The translations under genes were made by a program, and so were the position numbers. The notes under the pieces were generated by a model. That model ran no database searches, had not been told where the DNA came from, and saw only the letters and a list, made by a program, of their open reading frames with translations. Of a DNA stretch of 64,000 nt, positions 8,860 to 18,782 are shown piece by piece. Position 1 is the stretch's first letter. Every line of letters starts with the position of its first letter. The DNA is from Nitrososphaerota archaeon (GTDB lineage Archaea > Thermoproteota > Nitrososphaeria_A > Caldarchaeales > Calditenuaceae): positions 144,377 to 208,376 of the forward strand of contig JAVQSZ010000001.1 of assembly GCA_033581555.1 (NCBI GenBank), in the 5' to 3' direction.

Positions 8860-10115
8860 TGACGGTCCAAGCGAGACTGCTGCTGATCGAGGCCGCGGTC
8901 TCGTCCTTCCTCTTCGGGGCCGTCTTCCCGAACCCCGTCATGTTCCTCTCCATGGCCTTCCTGACGTTCTTCTTCGCATTCTACGTGCTTTTGACCTCTC
9001 GGAGGCTATCGTCGCTGAACCACTCCTCGATCGAAGTGAGGAGGGAGCTATCCGCGGAGGAGTTGCCCGAGGGCTCGACTGTGGAGGTCAAGGTGGAGGT
9101 GGAGCTGGGGTGGGAGGGAGGCGTGGAGGTCCGGGAGCTCTTCCCGAGCGGCCTCAGGCTGAGGGAGGGAGCGAGCTCGGCCAGGTCCACGCTCAACGGC
9201 AGGGGCAGGCTCGGCTTCTCCTACAGGGCCTCCCTCTGGAGGGGAGTGAGATCCGCGGAGTTCAAGGGGGTGGCCTGCACGCTCACCGACCCGTGGAGGC
9301 TCGTCAGCAGGACGGTCGTCGTGCCGTCTCCGGGCGTGGTCAGGTCATCGAAGGAGAGGACCAGGTCTAGTGAGTTCGAGACCGGCGGGAGGCTCCTGGG
9401 CCCGGTCTTCGGGACCGTGGTGAATCCGTTCGTCGGTGAGGACGCCCACTTCGTCGGGGTAAGGCCCTTCATTCCTGGCGACAAGCTCCGCAGCGTCCAC
9501 TGGAGGAGCACGGCCAAGCTCACCGACAACGAGATTCTCGTGAAGAAGTTCGAGAGGCTCGCGAGGGGAAGGGTCGTCGCGGTGATCGACTGCTCGCCGG
9601 AGATGAGGTTCGGGACATCGCCCGACTACTTCGACGACGCGCTGGACTTCCTTGAGCCCGTCTGCGTCCAGTTCATCGAGCAGGGTAACTCGGTGAGGCT
9701 CTTCGCGGTGACCGGGGAGGGGCTCCTGACACAGTCGCCCAGGTCGCCCGCGGAGGTCGAGGGCTTCCTGAGGTCGCTCGAGGTCTCGGATGTCGGGAGG
9801 CTGAAGTACGCCCCCGAGGTGGCCGAGTCGCTCACGCCGGGCTCCTTTCTCATCGTCGTGACCTCCCTCGGATCGGCGCAGATCCCTGAGCTCTCGGAGC
9901 TCGCACGCGCGGCGGTCTCGATGGGATGCAGGGTCCTCGTGGTGTACCCGAGGGTCGCTTCGTACCTGGGCCGCGCGATGGACCTCGCGAGGGGCCTGCT
10001 CGAGGCCATCCAATCGAGGGACTTGGCAGCCTTCCCGGAGGAGTGCGCGATCGAGGAGCTGGAGGGCGTTCCGAGCATCAGGGCCGCAGGGAGGTCGGTC
10101 GCGCGTGAGGGCTAG
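8856..10115 (+). CDS. DUF58 domain protein
   Basis: N-terminal TM, FVGVRPFIPGDKLRSVHWRSTAK, VIDCSPEM; follows MoxR. Confidence 0.9.
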   Translation: MMTVQARLLLIEAAVSSFLFGAVFPNPVMFLSMAFLTFFFAFYVLLTSRRLSSLNHSSIEVRRELSAEELPEGSTVEVKVEVELGWEGGVEVRELFPSGLRLREGASSARSTLNGRGRLGFSYRASLWRGVRSAEFKGVACTLTDPWRLVSRTVVVPSPGVVRSSKERTRSSEFETGGRLLGPVFGTVVNPFVGEDAHFVGVRPFIPGDKLRSVHWRSTAKLTDNEILVKKFERLARGRVVAVIDCSPEMRFGTSPDYFDDALDFLEPVCVQFIEQGNSVRLFAVTGEGLLTQSPRSPAEVEGFLRSLEVSDVGRLKYAPEVAESLTPGSFLIVVTSLGSAQIPELSELARAAVSMGCRVLVVYPRVASYLGRAMDLARGLLEAIQSRDLAAFPEECAIEELEGVPSIRAAGRSVAREG

Positions 10116-10821
10116 CGAGCTGGTCCTCGGCCTGATGGCCTTGTCGCCGGCGCTATACATGCTGGCGGCCACAGTCGTCGAGACGAGGTGGACCCTGTTC
10201 TCGGCGCTCGGGTTCATCTCCCTCTCCACGACCATGCTCCCAGCGAGGATGCAGTCCCTCACCCTCGCGCTGATCTACGCCCCCGCGCTCTACGCGGTCT
10301 ACGACCTGGTCGCCTCCAACAACCTGTACCTCCTCGACCTCGCGGGGGGATACGTGGTCTCCCTTCCGGTCCTGATCGTGGCCTCGGCGCTGCAGGCGAG
10401 TTCGGTCGCGGGCCTCGTGGGGGCGTACGTCTCGTCGGTCCTGGTCTCGATGGTCGGCCTCTTCGGCGCCGAGATCTCGAAGGGAAACCCGCGGGCCTTG
10501 CTCCACGCGCTCATCTCCTCCTTCCTGAGGGGGCAGGAGAGGGAGCTGGGCGCGGTCGATCCCTCGCTGCTCGCGCCGGTGGTGCCGCTAATGGCCGTCT
10601 CCCTGATATCGCTCCTGCTCTTCGCCCACCATAGGCTGGGGCTGAGGTCCGAGTCCCTCTACGGGACGCTGATCAAGTCCGGGGCGGCCTCGGTGGCCCT
10701 GCTCGCGCTGATCGTCTACTACTCGGCTGTCTTTCCAGACGGCGTCGCGGCCGGGACGCTCGCGGTCGCGCTCGTCGTCCTGTTGGGTGGTGCGTATGCG
10801 GCGGTCGCTGCTAGGCGCTGA
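10105..10821 (+). CDS. multi-pass membrane protein
   Basis: About 7 hydrophobic segments; overlaps both neighbours. Confidence 0.7.
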   Translation: MRASELVLGLMALSPALYMLAATVVETRWTLFSALGFISLSTTMLPARMQSLTLALIYAPALYAVYDLVASNNLYLLDLAGGYVVSLPVLIVASALQASSVAGLVGAYVSSVLVSMVGLFGAEISKGNPRALLHALISSFLRGQERELGAVDPSLLAPVVPLMAVSLISLLLFAHHRLGLRSESLYGTLIKSGAASVALLALIVYYSAVFPDGVAAGTLAVALVVLLGGAYAAVAARR

Positions 10822-12337
10822 GCTGCTGATCGTCGCGGTCCTGCTCTCGGCGCCCTTGCCGGCCGCCTCCCAGGCCACCGAGCCCTGTGCGCTGCTGGTC
10901 GGATACGGAGGTCAGGGGTTCCTGCCCTTCGTCGACGGGGGCGCCCTGAACTTCGCGGTCGGCGAGCGGCTCCACGTCCTCACCCCGGCAGGGGGCGCGA
11001 CGGTCCAGCTGATCGACCCGCGAGGCAGGGTCGAACGTCACGAACTCGCAGGAGGGATTCAGACGAGGCTGAAGGAGTTCGGGCGCGGCGACGGAGGCGT
11101 CTGGAGGCTGGTATCCGGCGACAGATGTGAGATGACCTTGACGGTCTCGGAGAGGGGTTCGGTGATCTACGGCGAGGTCGTGGTGGAGAAGGACTTCAGG
11201 GGCGCGATCGTCCTGAGCATCAGGGGTCCGCCCTACATCGGCTTCAGCGTGGAGGAGCCGAGGGACGACAGGAACGTCCTCTGGACGAGGCCGGGCGGAG
11301 AGCTGCTCCTCGAGCTCGGGAGGCCCATCAGGTCGGTCGTCGTCTACCTGCTCTACCCCGACCGCGTGACGATCTCCGGTAAGGTTGGCGAGACGCCGTT
11401 CACCTACACGATCGATCCGCTGGTCGGCGTCTACAGGTACGAAAGGCCCGTGAGGGGGACGCAGGTCCCGGTGAGGCTGCCGGAGCTCGGGAGCGTCGGC
11501 CCGGGCGGTACCTTCCCCCTCAGGTACGGCACTTACACGCTGAGGGTGATGGGGACGGCCCCCGACGGCCAGCAGTTCTCGATGACGTTCGCGGTCGAGG
11601 TCGCTCCCTTCGCGTTCAGGGCCCCGAGGCTCTCGACGTACTTGGTGACTGACGTCGACAAGTTGAGGGAGGGGATAAGGCTGGTCTTCCTGAACTACGA
11701 GACCGGGACCGTCGAGTCGATCGCCCTCAAGGTGCCGATGTACGAGGTTGTGGTCCTCGACGAGAGGACCGGCCAGCCCATCGAGGACTACTCGCTCTCG
11801 GTGGAGGGGATGATCGGCGTTAGGGACGGGGCCGCCACCGTGCTCCTCCCGAGGAGCTTCGACCTGCGAGAGGTCCAGGTCGGCGAAGACGTGCTGAAGG
11901 TGAAGCCGTCTCTGATCATCGAGGGCGTGAACTTGACCGGCGTGGTCCGCGAGGTCATTCTGAGGAGGGGCGAGCCGACCGTCCTGAGCGTCCCGATGTC
12001 CGAGGTCCAGCTCAGGGTCAGGCTCGCGGGTCACCAGGATGCCATAAGGGCCAAGGTCTCGCTGAACGGCTCGACCCCCCTTGAGCTCGAGGGCGCCGCC
12101 CGCATCAGGTTGCCGGCCTACCTTTACAACGCGACCGCAGAGACGCCCTGGGGAAGGGTCGGGGGGCTCTTCGACGCCTCCAGGGAGAGGGAGGTGGAGC
12201 TCGTCGTCTACGCGCCGACCGACCTGACGCTCGCTCTGGCCTTTGCGGCCGCCGCCCAGCTCGCGGTTCTCGCGGCGATCTCCTTAAGAGCCTACAGGGC
12301 CGGGTCCCGTCACAGGGTTAAGAGCGAGTCAGGATGA
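10787..12337 (+). CDS. secreted beta-rich protein with C-terminal TM anchor
   Basis: Signal peptide, beta-strand-rich body, C-terminal TM and basic tail. Confidence 0.7.
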   Translation: MVRMRRSLLGAELLIVAVLLSAPLPAASQATEPCALLVGYGGQGFLPFVDGGALNFAVGERLHVLTPAGGATVQLIDPRGRVERHELAGGIQTRLKEFGRGDGGVWRLVSGDRCEMTLTVSERGSVIYGEVVVEKDFRGAIVLSIRGPPYIGFSVEEPRDDRNVLWTRPGGELLLELGRPIRSVVVYLLYPDRVTISGKVGETPFTYTIDPLVGVYRYERPVRGTQVPVRLPELGSVGPGGTFPLRYGTYTLRVMGTAPDGQQFSMTFAVEVAPFAFRAPRLSTYLVTDVDKLREGIRLVFLNYETGTVESIALKVPMYEVVVLDERTGQPIEDYSLSVEGMIGVRDGAATVLLPRSFDLREVQVGEDVLKVKPSLIIEGVNLTGVVREVILRRGEPTVLSVPMSEVQLRVRLAGHQDAIRAKVSLNGSTPLELEGAARIRLPAYLYNATAETPWGRVGGLFDASREREVELVVYAPTDLTLALAFAAAAQLAVLAAISLRAYRAGSRHRVKSESG

Positions 12338-12348
12338 CTCTCCGCAGA

Positions 12349-12462
12349 GCCGGGGTCCCATAGCGGCCATTGGGGCGGCCTCGAGATCGTGAAGGGTCTG
12401 GCCGGAACGCGAAAGCCGCTGCCCCCTCGGGGGGCGCGCGGGTTCGAGTCCCGCCCCCGGCG
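12349..12462 (+). tRNA. tRNA-Ser(CGA) with 28-nt intron (12386-12413)
   Basis: Acceptor GCCGGGG/CCCCGGC, anticodon stem GCGGC/GCCGC around CT-CGA-G, long variable arm, GGTTCGAGTCCC T arm. Confidence 0.9.
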
Positions 12463-12566
12463 TTCTTAATAGACGAGTACAAAGTATCGCGCCCGCAATT
12501 GAAGCACGATGGTCTACAGAAATGATATTGACGATGTGAGGATGGTTACATGTTGAGTGGAGTGAA

Positions 12567-13276
12567 ATGATGGGGCCTGACTTCCGCGAGCTCACCGTGG
12601 AGGACCTCTTAGGCCAACCGCTCAACGGATATGAGCGCAAACACGCGCCAAAGAAGCTTTACCTGACCGGGACGTTGAGGGTCCCATTCGAAGCTCCGCG
12701 AATATCAGTAGTGGGAACTAGGTCGCCGAGTCGCGTGGGGGTCACGTTCACCCGTGAGTTGGTCAAGAGGCTCGTTGAGAGGGTGATCATCGTGGTGAGC
12801 GGGCTGGCCAGGGGAATCGACACTGAGGCCCACACGACCGCAATCGAGTCCGGAGGTCAGACCGTCGCCGTGCTAGGGACACCTCTCGACAGGTTCTAAC
12901 CCCCGAGAACCGAAAACTGCAGCAGCTGATCATGGAGAAACACCTAGCGGTGAGTCAGTTCCCCTTCGGCCACAAGACGCATCGCTCTGACTTCGTCAAG
13001 AGGAACAGGACGATGGCTTTGATCTCTGACGCGACGATCATCGTCGAGGCCGAAGACGGAGGAGGGACTCTGTCGCAGGGATGGGAGGCGATAAGGCTCA
13101 AGAGGCCTCTGTCTCTGGCTCCCTTCCTTCTCGAGAGGCGGGACTTGAAATGGCCCGATCGAATGCTCGACTACGGGGCTGAAGTCTTGAACCTAGAGAA
13201 CATCGAGGAGATCTGCGAGACCTTGCCGCTGTATCCAACCTCCAAATATGAAGACTTGCTCGCCCTTCTGAAGTAG
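12567..13276 (+). pseudogene. dprA: DprA/Smf-family protein, frameshifted at about 12897-12905
   Basis: ISVVGTR, VVSGLARGIDTEAH, AVLGTPL then TAA; the shifted frame continues ENRKLQ...FVKRNRTMALISDATIIVEAEDGGGT. Confidence 0.85.
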
Positions 13277-13281
13277 CAGGG

Positions 13282-13935
13282 TTGATTGGTGAGATTAGCA
13301 GGCTCCCGTTTGGCCCACTTTGGTCTTGGACTAACAAACCGACAGACGAAGAAGGCCACAAGGCTAAAACACTTTGCTACGCCCTCAAGAGATATCAAGT
13401 CTTCAACAAAGATTTAGATGCGATTAAGATGGCGGTCGATAGCCTTGACTCTAGGATGGGTTCCCTTCCCTTCAGCGACTTCTTCTCTGGCGAGGTAGCC
13501 CTAGTTCCCATTCCAAGCAGTAAACCAACGAGGCCAGACGATGTATGGGTATCCCGGGACATCTGCGATGAGATGGAAAAGAGGGGATTGGGCCTCAAGT
13601 TAGAGTTGTTAAAGCGGGCGTATCCAATTAGGAGGTCATCCCTCAGTCCTCCGGGCGAAAGACCTTCGCCTATAGAGCATTACAACTCTATGAGAGGCAG
13701 AAAGATCGAGCGAATACCCACAAGGGTCATCCTAGTGGATGACGTGATAACAAAAGGGCACACGATGCTCGGCTCTGCTTAGAGAGTCATAGAGTTATAC
13801 CCTAAAGCAGACATCCGCGGATTCGCTGTCTTCAGGACAATAAGCAACACCTCGGAGTTCGTACGGATGGATGACCCGGTAAAGGGCGAAATAATTTACG
13901 ATCCCGAGTTAAGAACTGCGAGGAGAATACCGTGA
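13282..13935 (+). pseudogene. ComF-like phosphoribosyltransferase with in-frame TAG at 13780-13782
   Basis: LVPIPSS and VILVDDVITKGHT PRPP-binding loop; the frame stays open past the TAG (RVIELYPKADIRGFAVFRT...RRIP) to TGA at 13935. Confidence 0.8.
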
Positions 13936-13936
13936 A

Positions 13937-14033
13937 TGGGGCCGGTGGGATTCGAACCCACGACCTGCGGGTGACCTCTGACCAGCGATCTGCACCTGGA
14001 GCCCGCCGCCATACCTTGCTAGGCCACGGCCCC
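13937..14033 (-). tRNA. tRNA-Trp(CCA) with 23-nt intron (13973-13995)
   Basis: GGGGCCG/CGGCCCC acceptor, GCGGG-CT-CCA-G...A-CCCGC, GGTTCGAATCCC. Confidence 0.9.
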
Positions 14034-14149
14034 CTTCAGCTTTCGCGTCCCTACCTTTACTTAACCCTAGCAGGCCCGCGACCCGGGAGACCACGCCCCG
14101 TTGAGCTCGGACGATAAGCTAAATGGGGGCGAAGAGTTGACCCGATCGG

Positions 14150-14548
14150 ATGGACTACACCGAGACGATCGACGAGATCCTCGACCACTACAGGAACCCC
14201 AGGAACTACGGTGAGCTCCCGGACGCGACCGTGAGGGCGAAGGACTCGAACCCGCTCTGCGGCGACGTGATCGAGATGTCCCTCAAGATCGAGGGGGACA
14301 GGATCGTCGACGTGAGGTTCAGGGGGAAGGGATGCGCGATAAGCCAGGCCTCGGCCTCGATGCTCACCGATCGGCTGAAGGGCATGACCCTGGACGAAGC
14401 GAGGTCCTTGAACCGGGACTACGTCCTCGGGATGCTGGGGATTGAGCTGAGCCCCGTGAGGGTGAAGTGCGCAACTCTAAGCCTCAAGGTGCTGAAGCTG
14501 GGGATCTACTCGTACCTGGGGAGCTCCACGAAGGACCTGGAGGTCTAG
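14150..14548 (+). CDS. IscU/SufU-type Fe-S scaffold
   Basis: ILDHYRNPRN, NPLCGD, GCAISQASAS, RVKCATL. Confidence 0.92.
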   Translation: MDYTETIDEILDHYRNPRNYGELPDATVRAKDSNPLCGDVIEMSLKIEGDRIVDVRFRGKGCAISQASASMLTDRLKGMTLDEARSLNRDYVLGMLGIELSPVRVKCATLSLKVLKLGIYSYLGSSTKDLEV

Positions 14549-14657
14549 GACGGGGTCCGTCGAATCCCTGCGCACACATTTCCGTATTACCGGAGTGATA
14601 GCGACCTAAAGGGCCGCTCTCAACCCACGAATACGGCTGTAGAGAGCGCGGCCGCGA

Positions 14658-15764
14658 ATGAGCGAGCTGGAGAGGCTTGCGGCCTCGAAGGCGAGGGAGG
14701 CGGTGCTGCTCGACAGGTCTGGTTCCAAGTCCGAGGCGATCAGGAGGTACAGGGAGGCGATCGGCATGCTCAGGAAGCTGATCGAGTTGACCGAGAGCCC
14801 GATCAACCGGGAGGTCTACAGGGAGAGGATCGAGGCCTACGAGCGGAGGATTATGGAGCTCCAGGAGGGAAGGGCGGACCAGGAGCCTGGGTCTGACGGC
14901 CCGTCTCAACCGCCGAAGGCCCCGGTCCAGGACTTCAGGCCGCCCGTGAAGTGGGACGACGTCGTCGACCTCGAAGAGGCGAAGAGGGCGATTAAGGAGA
15001 GCATCGTCTACCCGGCGAGGAGGCCTGACCTCTTCCCGCTCGGGTGGCACAACGGGATCCTCCTCTTCGGACCACCTGGCTGCGGGAAGACGCTGCTAGT
15101 GGCGGCGACGGCCAACGAGATCGACGCGAAGCTCTACGTCGTCGACTCGGCGAGCCTGATGTCGAAGTGGCTCGGCGAGAGCGAGAAGAACCTACAGAGG
15201 GTGTTCAGCTCGGCGAGGTCAGAGGCTGCGCGGGGCAGGACCGTGATCGTCTTCATCGACGAGGTCGACTGGATAACGAGCTACAGGGCCGTCGAGGTTG
15301 GGGGAGAGGCGCGGGTGAGGGCCCAGCTCCTCTCGGAGATGGACGGAATCCTCAGCAAGTTCAACAAGTCCTTCCTCTTCCTGATGGCCGCGACCAACAG
15401 GCCCTGGAGCCTCGACGAGCCGTTCGTCAGGAGGTTCCAGAAGAGGATCTACATCCCGCCGCCCGACAGGCAGGTGAGGCTGATGACCCTCCGTCACTAC
15501 ACGAAGCGGCTGAGGCTCGCAGCGAACGTCGACCTGGAGACGCTCGCGGACCGGCTGGAGGGCTACTCGCCCGCCGACATCTACTCGATCTGCCTCGACG
15601 CCCAGACCACCGCCCTCAGGAGGGTCTTCGAGGAGGGAGTGGAGGAGGTGCCGGAGATAACCCAGGAGGACTTCCTGGAGGCGGTGAAGAAGAGGAGGCC
15701 CTCGATATCCGCGGAGACGTTGAGACGCTACGAGGAGTGGAATAGGGCCTACGGCGCGGTCTGA
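14658..15764 (+). CDS. cdvC: CdvC/Vps4 AAA ATPase with MIT domain
   Basis: N-terminal MIT helices, YPARRPDLFPLGW, GPPGCGKT, SKWLGESEK, FIDEVD, ATNRPW, RRFQKRIYI. Confidence 0.9.
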   Translation: MSELERLAASKAREAVLLDRSGSKSEAIRRYREAIGMLRKLIELTESPINREVYRERIEAYERRIMELQEGRADQEPGSDGPSQPPKAPVQDFRPPVKWDDVVDLEEAKRAIKESIVYPARRPDLFPLGWHNGILLFGPPGCGKTLLVAATANEIDAKLYVVDSASLMSKWLGESEKNLQRVFSSARSEAARGRTVIVFIDEVDWITSYRAVEVGGEARVRAQLLSEMDGILSKFNKSFLFLMAATNRPWSLDEPFVRRFQKRIYIPPPDRQVRLMTLRHYTKRLRLAANVDLETLADRLEGYSPADIYSICLDAQTTALRRVFEEGVEEVPEITQEDFLEAVKKRRPSISAETLRRYEEWNRAYGAV

Positions 15765-15768
15765 CCCC

Positions 15769-16524
15769 TCAGCTGACCTCGGCGTAGGATATCTCGATCA
15801 GGCCTTTCCTCGCGAGCCCTTCCAGTGCCTCCTCCACCACGTCCCTGGGCAAGCCCGTGACGCCGCAGACCGCCTCGACGTCGAACCCCGCTTGGTCCTC
15901 GATCGAGCCGATCGCCTCGTAGACGATCCTCTCCTTCTCCGTCATCACGGGCACCTCTGGGAAGGCCCTCCTCACCCTCTCCGCAGCGATCCTCTTGGCG
16001 TCCTCGAGGACCCTCAGGGCCTCGTCTTCAAGGGCATTGACTTGACCCGAGCTCGGAGTCGGGACGCCTGCGGAGGTCGCCGTGATGATCGTCTCGATCT
16101 CCTCCGAGAGCCTCTTCAGGTTCTCCGAGACCTCGGGCGAGACGGAGGCGACCTCGCTCGCGACCCTGGAGAGGAGCTGCCTCACCGAGACCACTAGCGC
16201 CAGCACCTCGGTCAGATCCACGACGGTAATGAGCCGTACCTTCACCTGCTCCATCAAGAGCAGGTTGCCCATTATCACCTTGGCCAATCTCCTCAGATGC
16301 ATGATCTCCTCTGCGTAGAGCTTCGCGTGCTCCTCGTCCCCGGACGAAAGGTGGTAGACGCAACGCTCGAAGTACTCCCTCGCCTTCTGCTCCAGATCGG
16401 AGTACTTCCTGTTGAGCCTCAGGATGCTCCCGTTCAGCACCGATATCGTCCTGTTCAGGCTCGCCTCGAGCGAGGAGACCCTCTTCGGTCCGTCGGCGTG
16501 CCGACCCCATAAGGCGAACCGCAT
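15769..16524 (-). CDS. cdvB: CdvB/ESCRT-III (Snf7) protein with C-terminal winged helix
   Basis: Coiled-coil core (FERCV...AKLYAEEI...LEQVKVRL), MIM2-like FPEVP, C-terminal wH (VEEALEGLARKGLIEI); next to cdvC. Confidence 0.85.
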   Translation of the reverse strand: MRFALWGRHADGPKRVSSLEASLNRTISVLNGSILRLNRKYSDLEQKAREYFERCVYHLSSGDEEHAKLYAEEIMHLRRLAKVIMGNLLLMEQVKVRLITVVDLTEVLALVVSVRQLLSRVASEVASVSPEVSENLKRLSEEIETIITATSAGVPTPSSGQVNALEDEALRVLEDAKRIAAERVRRAFPEVPVMTEKERIVYEAIGSIEDQAGFDVEAVCGVTGLPRDVVEEALEGLARKGLIEISYAEVS

Positions 16525-16746
16525 CGGCCGCATCCAACCCTTCGGCCGGATATTAGCGATCGAGCCGCCACCTCCTCCGGCCAGCCCATGATAATCTCGG
16601 GGTAATCCTCCGCCTGCCACGCGACTCGCGTTCAACGGTCTACGGTCACTCGACCGCTGACCCGTATCAGATGTTGACGCGACGAAAGCTAATTACCCGC
16701 AGCCGAGCTCAAAGGAGGTGGGGGGTGGTGCGGATTCATCACCATA

Positions 16747-17811
16747 TTGAGAGGGAAGGCCCCTCCTGACCCGGAGACGCTCGGGCTCTCCAGCGAAGAC
16801 TTGACGAGGATGTACAGGACGATGGTCCTGACGAGGGTCCTCGACAGGTACCTGCTGAGGCTCCAGAGGATGGGGAAGGTAGCGCTCTACGCCGAGACGA
16901 TCGGCGAGGAGGCGGTCGGTGTGGGGACCGGTTACGCGTTGAGGCCCGAGGACGTGTTGTTCCCGTCCTACAGGGAGCTGGGGGCCTTCCTGATGAGGGG
17001 GGTCCCGGTCTCCGAGATCCTCGACAGGATGCTGAACACCGTCGACGACCCGCTGAAGGGCCACGAGTTCGCGATCTTCGGCGACAGGAGGTACAACATA
17101 GTGCCCGCGCCCACACCGGTCGCGACCCAGATACCCTTGGCCGTTGGCTACGCTATGGCGTCGAAGGTCAAGGGCGAGAGGATCGTTGTGATGACGATCT
17201 TCGGGGACGGCGCGACCTCGAAGGGCGACTTCCACGAGGGCGTCAACTTCGCGAGCGTCCACAAGCCCCCCGTCGTCTTCGTCTGCAGGAACAACCAGTA
17301 CGCGATCTCGACCCACGTCAGCAAGCAGACGGGCTCGAGCACCATCGCCCAGAAGGCGGTGGCCTACGGGCTCGAGGGGATCAGGGTGGACGGGAACGAC
17401 GTCCTCGCAGTCTACCTGACGACGAGGGCCGTAGTCGAGAGGGTTAGGGACGGAGGTGCACCGGTTCTGATAGAGGCCCTGACCTACAGGCTGGGCGCTC
17501 ACACCACCAGCGACGACCCGAAGCGTTACAGAACCGAGGAGGAGGTACAGAGGTGGGCGAAGCTCGACCCGATAGAGAGGATGAGGGGTTACCTGATCGC
17601 GAAGGGCGTGATCGACGAGGAACGGGACGTGGCGCTCAGGGCTGAGATAGAGGGACTGGTCGCGGCTGAGGTCGAGAGGGCCCTCCAGAGGCCGGGGCTC
17701 GAGCCGGCGGTGATCTTCGAAGACGTCTACGCCTCGCCTCCCTGGACCCTGCTCGAGCAGGCGGAGGAGCTCAAGGAGCTCTCGGGCCTCCAGAAGGTGA
17801 CCAAGGGATGA
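16747..17811 (+). CDS. pdhA: 2-oxoacid dehydrogenase E1 alpha
   Basis: [20 protein letters not shown]...[10 protein letters not shown] motif, [11 protein letters not shown]. Confidence 0.92.
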   Translation: MRGKAPPDPETLGLSSEDLTRMYRTMVLTRVLDRYLLRLQRMGKVALYAETIGEEAVGVGTGYALRPEDVLFPSYRELGAFLMRGVPVSEILDRMLNTVDDPLKGHEFAIFGDRRYNIVPAPTPVATQIPLAVGYAMASKVKGERIVVMTIFGDGATSKGDFHEGVNFASVHKPPVVFVCRNNQYAISTHVSKQTGSSTIAQKAVAYGLEGIRVDGNDVLAVYLTTRAVVERVRDGGAPVLIEALTYRLGAHTTSDDPKRYRTEEEVQRWAKLDPIERMRGYLIAKGVIDEERDVALRAEIEGLVAAEVERALQRPGLEPAVIFEDVYASPPWTLLEQAEELKELSGLQKVTKG

Positions 17812-18782
17812 CCGTGATGACTTTCGCCAAGGCGATCAACGACGCCCTCCGGCACGAGATGAAGCGGGACGAGAGGGTCGTGGTCTTGGGCGAGGACGTC
17901 GGGGTCAACGGAGGCGTCTTCAGGTGCACGGAGCACCTGCTGATGGAGTTCGGGCCCTCGAGGGTGATAGACACGCCGCTCTCCGAGTCGGCCATCATCG
18001 GGGTCGCGATAGGGATGGCGATGAACGGCCTCAGACCGGTCGCGGAGATCCAGTTCTCCGACTTCATCTTCGGCGGCTTCGAGCAATTGGTCTCCAACCT
18101 CGCCAAGATCAGGTACAGGAACGCGGGCCACTACTTCGCACCCGTCGTGGTGAGGGCCCCTGTAGGGGGCGGAGTGAGGGGAGGCATGTACCACTCCCAG
18201 AGCCCCGAGGCCTACTTCGCCCACACGGCCGGCCTGAAGGTCGTGATACCCTCGACCCCCTCGGACGCGAAGGGGTTGCTTATCTCATCGATAAGGGACG
18301 AGGACCCGGTGATCTTCTTCGAGCCGAAGAGGCTCTACCACTCGCTGAGGGAGGACGTCCCCGACGGCGACTACACTGTCCCGCTCGGGAAAGCGAGGCT
18401 CGTGAGGGAGGGCGATGACGTATCCGTGATCACCTACGGCGCCACGGTCTACGACGCCCTCGAAGCGGCCGAGAGGGCGGCGAAGGAGGGGGTGAGCGTC
18501 GAGGTGCTGGACCTAAGGACGATAGTTCCCTACGACTGGGAGGCGATATCGAGGAGCGTGAGGAAGACCGGTCGACCCGTGATCGCCCACGAGGCCCAGA
18601 GGACCGCGGGCTTCGGGGCCGAGATCGCCGCGATGATCGCAGAGAGGGAAATCTACAGCCTGGAGGCGCCCGTGCTCAGGGTGACAGGCTACGACACGCC
18701 GTTCCCGCTCGTCCACGAGCACCACTACCTCCCGAACCCGGAGAGGATTCTCAGGGCGATAAGGAGGTCGGTCGCGTCGTGA
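17808..18782 (+). CDS. pdhB: 2-oxoacid dehydrogenase E1 beta
   Basis: [33 protein letters not shown]. Confidence 0.93.
   Translation: MTVMTFAKAINDALRHEMKRDERVVVLGEDVGVNGGVFRCTEHLLMEFGPSRVIDTPLSESAIIGVAIGMAMNGLRPVAEIQFSDFIFGGFEQLVSNLAKIRYRNAGHYFAPVVVRAPVGGGVRGGMYHSQSPEAYFAHTAGLKVVIPSTPSDAKGLLISSIRDEDPVIFFEPKRLYHSLREDVPDGDYTVPLGKARLVREGDDVSVITYGATVYDALEAAERAAKEGVSVEVLDLRTIVPYDWEAISRSVRKTGRPVIAHEAQRTAGFGAEIAAMIAEREIYSLEAPVLRVTGYDTPFPLVHEHHYLPNPERILRAIRRSVAS

Noticed and set aside
14612-14656. Hairpin upstream of cdvC (GGCCGCTCTC...GAGAGCGCGGCC)
   Set aside because: Such stems are common at this GC content and match no RNA family I recognise
16711-16750. Strong SD followed by an out-of-frame GTG before pdhA (possible frameshift or uORF)
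   Set aside because: The in-frame TTG at 16747 gives a complete E1 alpha; evidence is insufficient
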